Shown: positions 19,706 to 28,871 of the stretch, in pieces
Numbering within the stretch: the stretch's first letter is position 1
Layout of the letters: each line of letters opens with the position of its first letter
NCBI GenBank assembly: GCA_035578005.1
Contig: DATJYK010000085.1
Span: 9,875 to 73,874 of the forward strand
DNA length: 64,000 nucleotides
Source: Terriglobia bacterium
Lineage (GTDB): Bacteria; Acidobacteriota; Terriglobia; UBA7540
Reading direction: 5' to 3'
Notes under the pieces: model-generated
Told to the model about the DNA's origin: nothing
Seen by the model: only the letters and a program-made list of their open reading frames with translations
The model's database searches: none
Position numbers and translations under genes: made by a program

Positions 19706-20569
19706 GTGGCGATAAGCCCTCTCGAGCTCGTCCGACTCCCGGACTTGATGAGACGCGGCCCGGGCCGGCCGGAGGTCACCATTGCGCTCATCGATGGCCC
19801 TGTCGCTCGAGACCTTCCCGACTTCGCCGTCGCCACCATCCGTGAAATCCCCGGAAAGCTGAAAGGAACCTGCGCTCGCGCGGATACCGTCGCGTGCACG
19901 CACGGCACCTTCGTCGCCGGCATGCTCGCCGCCCGCCGCGGCTCCGCGGCTCCCGCCATCTGTCCCGGATGCACGCTGCTGCTTCGCCCCATTTTTCCAG
20001 AGGCGGTGAACGACGGAGACATGCCAAGTGCCACTCCCGAGGAGCTCGCCGAGGCTATTACGGATAGCGTCGAGGCCGGAGCCAAGGTGATCAATTTGAG
20101 CGCGGCACTGGTTCAAGCGTCACCGAAAGGCGAAAGCAACTTGGAGCAAGCGCTCAACTACGCAGCCCAGCGCGGCGTCATCACAGTTGCCGCGGCCGGC
20201 AATCAAGGAACGGTGGGCAGCTCGGCCATCACGAGGCACCCTTGGGTTATTCCGGTTGCGGCCTGCAATCTTCAGGGCCGGCCGCTGGGCGAATCGAATC
20301 TGGGAAGCTCGATCGGCAGGCAGGGGCTACTTGCTCCCGGCGAACAGGTCACCAGCCTGAGCTCCGACGGCAGGCCGCAAACCTTGGGCGGGACCAGTGC
20401 GGCTGCGCCTTTCGTGACAGGTGCGATCGGGCTTCTTTGGTCCGAGTTTCCGAAGGCGCGCGCCTCGGAAGTGAAGCTGGCGGTGACACGCCGCGGCCGC
20501 CAACTGCACAGATCATTAGTGCCGCCTTTGCTGGACGCCTGGGCGGCCTATCAGGCCTTGTCTGCCTGA
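19706..20569 (+). CDS. S8 family subtilisin-like serine peptidase, no signal peptide and no prodomain
   Basis: Catalytic motifs in order: Asp (VTIALIDGPV), His (CTHGTFVAGM), Asn (NLSAA) and Ser (GTSAAAPFVTGA). At 287 aa it is minimal, and its N-terminus is hydrophilic. Confidence 0.85.
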   Translation: MAISPLELVRLPDLMRRGPGRPEVTIALIDGPVARDLPDFAVATIREIPGKLKGTCARADTVACTHGTFVAGMLAARRGSAAPAICPGCTLLLRPIFPEAVNDGDMPSATPEELAEAITDSVEAGAKVINLSAALVQASPKGESNLEQALNYAAQRGVITVAAAGNQGTVGSSAITRHPWVIPVAACNLQGRPLGESNLGSSIGRQGLLAPGEQVTSLSSDGRPQTLGGTSAAAPFVTGAIGLLWSEFPKARASEVKLAVTRRGRQLHRSLVPPLLDAWAAYQALSA

Positions 20570-20661
20570 ACGCACTGCACCTCTGTCCGCGTGTAGGAAG
20601 GCAAGTGCCCAAAGGCTCTGGCTGATTGCCGATGGAGAGCTTAACCGTAACGAGGTTGAAA

Positions 20662-21051
20662 ACCATGATGAGAATTCCTGGATTTCACGCAGAAGCCGCT
20701 CTTTACCAGACAGGCCTAGGTTGTGGGGTTCGCAAGTCGCCTGCCCAACTGCCAATCCAGGGGGTGTTCCCTCAACTGCTACCCATCGACGACATCTGCG
20801 GGGGCGAGGAGTGGTGCGAAGACTTGCTTATCGACTGGGCGTTCGGCCCGGGATCAGCCCCATACGGCACACCCATCACGGGAGGGTCCTTCCCTGTCTC
20901 AGGTGACGATTCGGGTGGCGATTCGGGGATGCGTTGCCGGGAGGGATACACCGACTGCACGTGTGACCCAGGTCCGCCGCTGAAGTGTACCAAGGACTGG
21001 GTCAACGTGCGGTGCAAAAAAGCGTACAGCGTCCCGTGTACGCCAAAGTGA
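20662..21051 (+). CDS. Cys-rich protein, member 1 of a five-gene paralogous family with a shared N-terminal motif (MMRIPGFHAEAALYQT)
   Basis: The conserved N-terminal 15 aa match four downstream ORFs. The C-terminus is Cys/Gly/Asp-rich (CGGEEWCEDL...CREGYTDCTCDPGPPLKCTKDWVNVRCKKAYSVPC). Confidence 0.6.
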   Translation, partial: TMMRIPGFHAEAALYQTGLGCGVRKSPAQLPIQGVFPQLLPIDDICGGEEWCEDLLIDWAFGPGSAPYGTPITGGSFPVSGDDSGGDSGMRCREGYTDCTCDPGPPLKCTKDWVNVRCKKAYSVPCTPK

Positions 21052-21417
21052 GCATAGCCGGAGCAAACCGGCTAAGCAGCGTCTCAGGCAAGAATCATTC
21101 GATGGAGGGTGACAAATCGAGACATGAACCGACAGCCAAAGAAGGAACTCACCCAACAAGCCGATCCGCGGCATCGGGTGCGGCTCCCGGGATTTCTGAT
21201 TGAAGAAGAGGTCGGCTTGGGCGACGCCATCAAGCGCGTCACCTATGCCATGGGCATTAAACCTTGCAGCGGTTGCGACAAGCGCGCCGCCGCGCTGAAT
21301 CGATGGATGCACTTCTCGAGATAGACCGGCTGTAGCGGCGGTCGCAGCCTGCCCGGTAAGGGACCGCCGGTCGGCGCTTGCAGAGCGCCGCTACAAATTA
21401 TAAGGAGGCAAAATTCT

Positions 21418-22371
21418 ATGGAGCAACCAGACGTGAACGACGCTTTGACAGCCACATCCGCCAATGGAAGTGACGCCGCAGCCGTGCCAGACTTTCCTGC
21501 GGGAGCAGGTACGGTTGCGCCCCAAGCTTGTTCCACCTGCGGAACAATTCCGGCCGGAGGCGTGGGGAAGGCAGTGCCGGCCGGCAACGGTACCACGAGC
21601 AGCCCCAGCTATATTTACGCCCTCGGACGCATCGAACCGCGTTTCCCCAAGATTTCGGTGGAAAAGGAGTTCGCGCAGGCTCTGGGGCGAGATAACGTCG
21701 CGGGCCTCACGGACCGGCAAGCGCTTCGAGCTGCGCTCTCGAAGCCCGAAAACCGCTACTTGGTGCGGCAACTCTGCTGGGTGATGACCATCGAGGGCCT
21801 GGAGACTTACATTGTTGGCCCCCGCGACCCCGCGGATTTCAGCCTGTTGGTTGAAGCCCTGCGTCCCACCCCGCAGCCTTGGGACCTTGACTGCGTCATC
21901 GGAGTTCGGGGACCCATCGCGCAACCCGAGATGTGCAACGGGCTGATGGTTCCCATCGTCGTCTTTGACCAGATCTACTCCTTCGACCGCGATTCGCTGA
22001 TTAAAGCCATCCCCAGGCCCAAAGAGACCTCGGCGAAGGAGTTTGCGCCGGCCGCCGAGGAGCTCTTCGACCGCATCATGCAGATGACTGACAATGCCGG
22101 CGCCACTGACGGCAATCGCGCTCTGAATTACCTCGCCGTTCGTTACCCGCGCATTTATGAGGTGGTTGCGGAAGCCTTCGGGCGTAATGAATCCTTAAGC
22201 GCGGTGGAGGTTAATCCGTCGCCCTTGAGCGGCACACGAAAAGTGGTTGACGTGGTCTTCGCCTTCACCAACCGCAATACTGATGTGGTTAGCAAACAAG
22301 CGGTACGCGTCGATGTGACCGACGAGTTTCCGTTTTTGGTAAGCAAGTTGTCGCCGTACTACGACCGTTGA
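21418..22371 (+). CDS. hypothetical 317-aa protein; possible homolog of the conserved C-terminal DUF domain of cyanobactin PatA/PatG proteases (recollection, not verified)
   Basis: Good SD (AAGGAGG) upstream. The segment SPSYIYALGRIEPRFPKISVEKEFAQAL resembles the Y-V-Y-A-L-G...F...E motif I recall from PatA/PatG DUF domains. There is no signal peptide. Confidence 0.65.
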   Translation: MEQPDVNDALTATSANGSDAAAVPDFPAGAGTVAPQACSTCGTIPAGGVGKAVPAGNGTTSSPSYIYALGRIEPRFPKISVEKEFAQALGRDNVAGLTDRQALRAALSKPENRYLVRQLCWVMTIEGLETYIVGPRDPADFSLLVEALRPTPQPWDLDCVIGVRGPIAQPEMCNGLMVPIVVFDQIYSFDRDSLIKAIPRPKETSAKEFAPAAEELFDRIMQMTDNAGATDGNRALNYLAVRYPRIYEVVAEAFGRNESLSAVEVNPSPLSGTRKVVDVVFAFTNRNTDVVSKQAVRVDVTDEFPFLVSKLSPYYDR

Positions 22372-22403
22372 AGGAACTTCAGCGACTGAATGAGGGCGAA
22401 ACA

Positions 22404-22670
22404 ATGAGCATTCCTGGATTCAATGCCGAGGCTTCGCTGTGCAGGACCAAGGCTGGTTACGGAATAACCGGGACCCGCAGACCTGCGCCTGCGGCACGAG
22501 GCGTGGTGCCGCAGAGGGACGATGGTGATAGGCGGTGCGGCGAGTGTTCCGACTTATTTCTAGGGACGCGGTGGTGCTGCGAGGGAGATCCGCTTAGTAT
22601 CTGCGCACCGGAGCCCTGTGGGCTTGTGGTGGCTATCGGAACCATTCTGGGCAGTGTGTTTTCGCTGTAG
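22404..22670 (+). CDS. Cys-rich protein, family member 2 (MSIPGFNAEASLCRT...)
   Basis: Shared N-terminal motif. Cys-rich core CGECSDLFLGTRWCCEGDPLSICAPEPC, with a hydrophobic tail VVAIGTILGSVFSL. Confidence 0.6.
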   Translation: MSIPGFNAEASLCRTKAGYGITGTRRPAPAARGVVPQRDDGDRRCGECSDLFLGTRWCCEGDPLSICAPEPCGLVVAIGTILGSVFSL

Positions 22671-22812
22671 CCACGGCCTGAAGGGGACTCTTGTTCCTGG
22701 TCACCAAGCTATCGCCGTACTGCGGCCGCTAAACGCTGAGAAACATTGAGAACCAGACGAAATTGTCGTCGTCGTCGGAGTACCCGCCAAGAAAGAAAGG
22801 AGAAGTCCTAAA

Positions 22813-23133
22813 ATGAATCTTCCCGGATTCAACGCTAAAGCGTCCCTGCAGGAAGCAGGCCACACCTACTGTTGCTTTGCGTACCATGGGGCAGGCTCAC
22901 TCACACCGGTCGTGGTACCGCAGTTATATCGGGCAGACCCAGACGGCTGCGGGGTAGTGTGCGATTCTAGCGGGAACTGCGCGCTGGATTGCCCCTGGCC
23001 GGGGGTCAGCTTTGGCCCCGGCGGCTTATCGCCTAACAAGAGCCCCAGAATTAAATGCGTCAAGCGCTGCATCCGCAAGTATTCGCCGGGGTCAGCCGCA
23101 TACGAGGCTTGTGTTGATAAGTGCCCCTATTAA
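22813..23133 (+). CDS. Cys-rich protein, family member 3 (MNLPGFNAKASLQEA...)
   Basis: AAGGAG Shine-Dalgarno 7 nt upstream. Shared N-terminal motif. 14 Cys in 106 aa (YCCFAYHG...CGVVCDSSGNCALDCPW...CVKRCIRKY...CVDKCPY). Confidence 0.65.
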   Translation: MNLPGFNAKASLQEAGHTYCCFAYHGAGSLTPVVVPQLYRADPDGCGVVCDSSGNCALDCPWPGVSFGPGGLSPNKSPRIKCVKRCIRKYSPGSAAYEACVDKCPY

Positions 23134-23326
23134 TAGATGTTGTGGCCGATGGGTCGGCCGAGCGCGAGTGTCACCACGTTCTGCCCCGCCGGATTGCGCA
23201 GGCGGCCCGATATCGTGACACGCACCGCGCCTCGGTGATTGCGAAGGTGTTTGGAGGGGCGAACTGTGACCACACCAGGGTATCCCCCGGAACCCGTCCT
23301 TAGACTATTGGGCAAGGAGTCTGGCA

Positions 23327-24694
23327 ATGTCCATACCGAGATTTAGCGCACCGGAGTCGCTTTACCCGTCCCACGGGTATTACGCCGCGGTCTTAGGTTC
23401 GAGTGACATGACCTCGGCCGCGTGGGTCCCCGCCGTGAAGGTCGGGGATGACGGAGGGGGTTGCGCCGTTGAATGCGGCCCTTGTGGCTCCACTTGCACC
23501 AGGCAATGTTCAAGTTTATGTAATCCAACCCAATCGTGGGGCGAATCGTGTTGCCTGAGCTCCGAGATTTGCTGCGGCGGGAAGTGCACTGACGCGTGGC
23601 ACGACCCGAACTGCGGGGCGTGCGGCAAGAAGTGTTCGACCTCGGGCCTGACTTGTTGCTACGGAGCTTGTGTTGACCTCAGCAGCAACACGCAGCACTG
23701 TAGCGCGTGCGACAACAATTGCGCCAACCAGCCCGTTAAGAACATGATTTGCGTGAACGGCGCCTGTGTTTGCCCGCCTTACTCACCGGATATTTGCGGT
23801 GGAGCCTGCACGGATGTAAGGTTCGATGGCAAAAACTGCGGAAGTTGCGGTAATCGATGCGCGTCCGGCTCCTGCTCCCAAGGCAAATGCTGCCCGCCGG
23901 GCACATACCTTTCAGAAGGCATGTGTTGTCCTAACGGAACCTTCGGCTGCGGTAACAAGACGTGTTGCCCAGCGGGGCATTGCTGTTCTGACGGTCGCTG
24001 TAAATGCCACGGTAAGTGCTGCGGCGCCGGCCAGGATTGCTGCAGGAAGTCCTGTGTCACCCTTGACAGCGACACACAAAACTGCGGCGCATGCGGCAAC
24101 GCCTGCCCGGTCCATGCGAATTCGACGGCCACATGCGATAAGGGAGTGTGCGGTTGGCGATGCAATCCGGGCTACACCAGGTGTGGTAACGCCTGCGAGA
24201 ATCTGAACAACGATCCGCAGAACTGCGGCGCTTGTGGCAAGCGATGCCCCTCGGGGCCCCTTGACTCGCACCCCACTTGTAGCCACGGGGCCTGCAATTG
24301 GACCTGCAACTCAGGTTTTACAAACTGTGGCGGCACTTGCAAGAATCTGAGTAGCGATCCGCAGAACTGCGGCCGGTGCGGTACGGTCTGTCCCTCTGGC
24401 CAGACTTGTTGCGGGGGCTCCTGCGTTGACTTGAATACAAGTTCCCAACATTGCGGCTCGTGTAGCGTTGCCTGTAATTCAGCCACTGCGGAGTGTCAGG
24501 GAGGGACTTGCGTTTGCAAGCCGGGACTTGCCTGCGGTTCAACGTGCATGTCGTCCACGGAGGACACCTGCTGCAGTTCCGAGGCCAGCGCCTGGTGCTC
24601 TGAGACCGAAGTGTGCTGCGTGGACAACAATGGTAATTTTAGTTGCGCTTACGATTGTGACGGGTGTGAGGCCGTGGGCGCACATTGCAGTTAG
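23327..24694 (+). CDS. 455-aa extremely Cys-rich repeat protein, family member 4 (MSIPRFSAPESLYPS...)
   Basis: AAGGAG Shine-Dalgarno. About 17% Cys. Seven tandem modules of C-x-D-L-x-[SN]-D-x-Q-N-C-G-x-C-G-x-x-C, for example CVTLDSDTQNCGACGNAC, CENLNNDPQNCGACGKRC and CKNLSSDPQNCGRCGTVC. Confidence 0.7.
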   Translation: MSIPRFSAPESLYPSHGYYAAVLGSSDMTSAAWVPAVKVGDDGGGCAVECGPCGSTCTRQCSSLCNPTQSWGESCCLSSEICCGGKCTDAWHDPNCGACGKKCSTSGLTCCYGACVDLSSNTQHCSACDNNCANQPVKNMICVNGACVCPPYSPDICGGACTDVRFDGKNCGSCGNRCASGSCSQGKCCPPGTYLSEGMCCPNGTFGCGNKTCCPAGHCCSDGRCKCHGKCCGAGQDCCRKSCVTLDSDTQNCGACGNACPVHANSTATCDKGVCGWRCNPGYTRCGNACENLNNDPQNCGACGKRCPSGPLDSHPTCSHGACNWTCNSGFTNCGGTCKNLSSDPQNCGRCGTVCPSGQTCCGGSCVDLNTSSQHCGSCSVACNSATAECQGGTCVCKPGLACGSTCMSSTEDTCCSSEASAWCSETEVCCVDNNGNFSCAYDCDGCEAVGAHCS

Positions 24695-24782
24695 TAGCAG
24701 CGGTCGTGGAGGGGCTGCAGTGGCCCCTCGATGGGGATTTTGCACCAGATCCGGTTCGTGATCTCAGAAAGGAGTATGCCGT

Positions 24783-25134
24783 GAACATGCTGGAAACAGT
24801 TCGATTGCCGGGATTTACCGCAGAGTCGTCCGTGATGAGCGCCAGTCCCTTTGGCGCTCGCGATTCCTTGTGGCCCTTCCTGGGCGCGGGAGTCGTGTCT
24901 GCCGGATCAGACGTAACCTGCAATTGCGGATGCCCATGCTCTGGAACAACCGGGGGCGGTGGAGGTACAGGAGGCACAGGCGGTACCGGAGGCGGCCCGC
25001 CTGGAGTCTGCCAATGCACTAGCGTCGTGGGCTTTGGTTGTTCGGTCTCCGCCAACAACTGCAACCCGGGATTCGTTCCCACGTGTAACTGCGGCATCTT
25101 CGGTAATTCGTGCCAGTGCGTGTCCGGCACCTAA
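24783..25134 (+). CDS. Cys-rich protein, family member 5 (..MLETVRLPGFTAESSVMS...), probably GTG-initiated
   Basis: AAGGAG Shine-Dalgarno 6 nt before the GTG at 24783. Shared motif. The C-terminus is CNCGCPCSGTTGGGGGTGGTGGTGGGPPGVCQCTS...CNCGIFGNSCQCVSGT. Confidence 0.6.
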
Positions 25135-25311
25135 GCGGAGCGATCCGCGCTGCATCGGAGCGTAGGCCTCGCAACAGGCGAATTCCCTGACTGCAAAGCT
25201 ATGCGCCGCGCCGCCGGGCCCTCTCTTGAAGGTTGCGTCTTGTTGCCTGCGCCCGAGGCGCGGGTGACGCAGGTCATGAAGTGCAGATACCAGACAAAGG
25301 AGGAAACACAA

Positions 25312-25623
25312 ATGGCTGAACGTCCACGTACGATTTCGATCAGTGAGGTTTCGAAAGCCGTCGAGCATGCGGTGAAGGCGGCGAGCGAGAAGCACCAGGT
25401 GCAATTTGCCTCGGGCTTGCGCTTCGGCCCCGGAACCATCATGGGGCGGCAGCTTCTGAAAGCCGACATTACCGTCAGTCAGGCTGAGCAAATCGCCACT
25501 GAAATCACTCGCCAGGTTCCGGGCGCCGGCGAACTCGAACCGAGCCTCTGGGTGGGAAGGGGCATCATCATCTGCGGCTTCTGGCCTCCTGACCCGATCC
25601 AGTTCGGGTTGGAGCAGTTCTAG
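25312..25623 (+). CDS. hypothetical protein
   Basis: AAGGAGG Shine-Dalgarno 8 nt upstream of the ATG; globular-looking composition. The overlapping 311-aa minus-strand ORF is low-complexity and rejected. Confidence 0.5.
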   Translation: MAERPRTISISEVSKAVEHAVKAASEKHQVQFASGLRFGPGTIMGRQLLKADITVSQAEQIATEITRQVPGAGELEPSLWVGRGIIICGFWPPDPIQFGLEQF

Positions 25624-25726
25624 ACCGACAGCAGGTTGCCGGCGTGCTCGGCTACTGCAGAAGTTTCGACGGACGCCAACCGGGGCAGAGCCACTTTCGC
25701 AGGCTGTCCCAGGAGGGAGATACAAG

Positions 25727-26179
25727 ATGGGCCAGGAAACAAGTGTGCCCAAAACTGAACTGGACGAAACAAAGCCCTTGCTTTGCCCGAGCGCGCAGCC
25801 CGAGATGAAAGGCTGCAGGGTGCTGGGCGTGGTGGGCGGCACGGCGGAGCGTCCGGAGCTGGCCTATCTTAACCAGCCCCTGCCTGTGACTGAGGAAGTA
25901 CTTCGGCTGGCTGGTCCCGTCAAGCCCACCGAGGTTTTCCGATTTGCTGCGCATTGCGAGGAAAAGGCATGCCGCCACTTCGACGGCGCCCGGTGCCAAT
26001 TGGCGACTCGTATTGTGCAGATTCTGCCGGCAGTCACGGAGGGTCTGCCGGCTTGCATCATTCGTCCTACCTGCCGCTGGTATCAGCAAGAAGGCAAGGC
26101 CGCCTGCCTGCGCTGCCCGCAGGTGGTTACACAGACCTATGAAGCCAGCGACGACTATCGACGGGCGGCCGAGGGTTGA
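25727..26179 (+). CDS. hypothetical Cys-containing protein (8 Cys, possible metal-binding)
   Basis: AGGAGGGA Shine-Dalgarno. The C-terminal segment PTCRWYQQEGKAACLRC has a near-identical nucleotide copy at 28996-29052. Confidence 0.5.
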   Translation: MGQETSVPKTELDETKPLLCPSAQPEMKGCRVLGVVGGTAERPELAYLNQPLPVTEEVLRLAGPVKPTEVFRFAAHCEEKACRHFDGARCQLATRIVQILPAVTEGLPACIIRPTCRWYQQEGKAACLRCPQVVTQTYEASDDYRRAAEG

Positions 26180-26348
26180 ACCAACAACCGACGACTTAGC
26201 CGCCGAAGTGCACGCTGAGCGTGTATTCTGCGGCTGGCGGGGGGCACGAACCTGAGTCAAGGGCTATCGAGCCGGGCTCGCCGCTTTGTCGTCCGATGAA
26301 GGCAGGGCGAGAGCAAGAGGATTTCCTTACCGGGGAAGAGGGTCACGC

Positions 26349-28625
26349 ATGAAGACAAGGCTTGGGTCGTTCCTTCTAGCATCGACTTTCGTTGGCATAT
26401 GGGCGGCGGCGCAGGACCGTGGAGGTGCGGGACAAGACAGCAGCAAAGTGGCGGCCAATTGTGCGACCTGTTCGGCCGGCATCCAAGTTCCTGGAATGCC
26501 TCAGCCCAGCCCCGAAATGGGGAGGCTCGTGAAGGCCTTATCAGGCGCGTGGTCGATCGCGATCAGTGTCGAGCCCAACGACCGCATGCCCAAGGTTGGC
26601 CTGGGAAACGGTGAAGAAGTGTGGCGGCCCGGACCTGGAGGGCTGTCCCTGCTCGAAGATTATCACTCGACCGGCGACGAAGGAGAGATCACCGGTTTCG
26701 GTGTGGCCTGGTGGGACGCGAGCGCCGAAAGATTTCAAGTCGCGTGGTGCGACAGCACTAATCCGACGAGTTGCACCGTCATGAAGCACGGGGCGAAGTG
26801 GGAAGGGGAGAAAGTCGTAGCTCTGGATGAATGGGACGAGTCGGGGAAGGGAGTTGCGTTCAAGGAGGTGTTTTCCGACATCACGGAGAACTCTTTCACG
26901 CAAATCCTCTACCAAGGCGAGCCCGGCAGCGAGCTGAAGCGGTTGGTCACCATCCACGCGACGAGGAAGACGGCGCCACCTATAACAACCACGGGCGCTT
27001 CGACGCCCGAGGTACTCACCGCTGTCGCGGCGGCGAAGACCATCACCGTGCCGGCCGTACGGGCGCACATGCGATTCCTCTCCGACAGCCTCCTCGAAGG
27101 ACGCGACACCGGCAGTCGTGGCTACGATCTTGCGGCCGCGTACGTCGCCTCCCAGTTGGAGTCGATGGGGGTGCAACCAGCCGGCGAGAACGGCACCTAC
27201 TTCCAAAAAGTGCCGCTCCGGAAGGCGATCAACGAGGCATCCAAGAGCTCTTTGGCGTTGGTTCGTGGCGCGGAAGAGGTCCAACTCAAAGATGGGTCAG
27301 ACTACGTCTTTTTTGCCGATCTGGATCACACGGAGAGCAGCGTGGAAGCACCCATCGCCTTCGTGGGTTACGGAGTGACAGCACCCGAGCTGAACTATGA
27401 CGATTACGCGGGCGCCGACGTCCGAGGCAAACTCGTCGCGATGCTTGGGAACGCCCCGGCCCGGTTCCCCTCAATCGAGCGCGCCTACTACGCAGACGGG
27501 ATTACCAAGGTAAGGAACGCCGTGGCTCACGGAGCGGTGGGGGTTCTCGGCCTTTCATTGCCGGAGGACGAAAAAGATAGTCCGTGGCAATGGGCAGTCC
27601 CCCAGGTTCGGGCCGGAGGTCGCGATTGGCTCGAGAGAGGGGCGCCGCACCACCAGTTCCCCGAACTGCGAGCAGGGGCGGCGCTCAGCGTCCGCGGAAG
27701 TCAGCTACTATTTTCGGGAGCGCCCCGAACGCTGGAACAGGTTTCGGCCATAGCGCACGGGGACCAACCCCAGGCTTTTCCCTTGAGCTGGAGCGCGAGA
27801 ATTCACACCGTGAATTCTCATCAAGCCATCGAGAGCAGGAATGTGGTGGGGAAGATTCAGGGCTCCGACCCCGAACTCAGTGACCAGTATGTGATTTATA
27901 GCGCGCATCTCGACCACTTGGGTCTGTGTCCGCCGGTTGAAGGCCACAACGACACCGTTTGTCATGGAACCGTGGATAACGCGTCAGGTGTTGCCACCAT
28001 CCTGGAGATCGCCCGAGCGTACACCAAACTGCCCCAGCCACCGCGCCGCTCCGTGCTTTTTCTATTTCCTACGGGCGAGGAAGGGAACCTGGAGGGATCC
28101 GATTATTTCGCTCATTTCCCGACGGTGCCGGGCAAGCAGCTTGTTGCCGACATCAATCTCGACGTGGCTCCCGGGATGCGTTATCCGTGTAAGGACCTCA
28201 ATGCCATTGGAGGTGAGCATTCCAGTCTGAATCGGAGTGCGGAATGGGCCGCACAACTCACGGGTTACATCATCACTCCCGACCCGGTACCGGAACAGAA
28301 TCTCTTCATCCGCTCCGATCAGTATTCGTTTGTGCAGCAGGGAATTCCTTCCGTGCTAATTCGCAATGGGGCCGATGGTGGAGACGTGGTCAAGAAATGG
28401 CTGCGGACCCGTTACCACACTCCACTCGACAATATGGAGCAGCCGATCGATTATGAGGCCGGAGTCAAGGCTGCCGGAATGGCCATGCTGATGGGCTACG
28501 AAGTCGCGCAGCAAGATCAGCCACCCACGTGGAATAAGGACGATTTTTTCGGTACCCGGTTTGGGCCCAACACCTCCAACCCACTGGGACAACTGAAGAG
28601 CCCTCCGGACCGGTCTTCCCGGTAA
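26349..28625 (+). CDS. M28 family zinc peptidase with an N-terminal extra domain (DUF1579-like) and a PA domain
   Basis: Signal peptide MKTRLGSFLLASTFVGIWAAAQ. M28 metal-binding motifs HLDHLG, GTVDNASGVATILEIAR and FLFPTGEEGNLEGS. Confidence 0.8.
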   Translation: MKTRLGSFLLASTFVGIWAAAQDRGGAGQDSSKVAANCATCSAGIQVPGMPQPSPEMGRLVKALSGAWSIAISVEPNDRMPKVGLGNGEEVWRPGPGGLSLLEDYHSTGDEGEITGFGVAWWDASAERFQVAWCDSTNPTSCTVMKHGAKWEGEKVVALDEWDESGKGVAFKEVFSDITENSFTQILYQGEPGSELKRLVTIHATRKTAPPITTTGASTPEVLTAVAAAKTITVPAVRAHMRFLSDSLLEGRDTGSRGYDLAAAYVASQLESMGVQPAGENGTYFQKVPLRKAINEASKSSLALVRGAEEVQLKDGSDYVFFADLDHTESSVEAPIAFVGYGVTAPELNYDDYAGADVRGKLVAMLGNAPARFPSIERAYYADGITKVRNAVAHGAVGVLGLSLPEDEKDSPWQWAVPQVRAGGRDWLERGAPHHQFPELRAGAALSVRGSQLLFSGAPRTLEQVSAIAHGDQPQAFPLSWSARIHTVNSHQAIESRNVVGKIQGSDPELSDQYVIYSAHLDHLGLCPPVEGHNDTVCHGTVDNASGVATILEIARAYTKLPQPPRRSVLFLFPTGEEGNLEGSDYFAHFPTVPGKQLVADINLDVAPGMRYPCKDLNAIGGEHSSLNRSAEWAAQLTGYIITPDPVPEQNLFIRSDQYSFVQQGIPSVLIRNGADGGDVVKKWLRTRYHTPLDNMEQPIDYEAGVKAAGMAMLMGYEVAQQDQPPTWNKDDFFGTRFGPNTSNPLGQLKSPPDRSSR

Positions 28626-28871
28626 GCAGGGTAGCGCATCTCCGGAGTGGCGTCGGCATTGCTAAGCACAATTTAGCGACGCCACTGCAAGATACGAACC
28701 AGAGTCAAGGGGTTATCGAGTCAGGCTCGCCGCTTTGCGGTGCTCCTAACGAATGGACATGCGAATTGGCGTGGCCTAGATATGTAGCCTACTATATCGC
28801 GCCGCGGGCGAAAAATCGATGACAAGAGTTACTGCAGAGTTAATAGTAGCCGCAGACAAAATTACCAAACG

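Noticed and set aside
20662-25134. type IV prepilin-like interpretation of the shared G-F-x-A-E N-terminal motif
   Set aside because: Prepilins need a hydrophobic helix right after the G-F-T-L-I-E cleavage site, and here the following sequence is hydrophilic and Cys-rich. No prepilin peptidase or pilus assembly genes are nearby.
24907-25842. 311-aa minus-strand ORF overlapping Cys-rich member 5 and the 25312 ORF
   Set aside because: It is low-complexity (Ser/Ala/Arg/Gly). Both overlapping plus-strand ORFs have canonical AAGGAG(G) ribosome-binding sites and protein-like sequence.
25652-26260. 202-aa minus-strand ORF antisense to the 25727 gene
   Set aside because: The plus-strand ORF has a good SD, and its 3' end has a recent duplicate elsewhere. 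The minus frame is Arg-rich and featureless.
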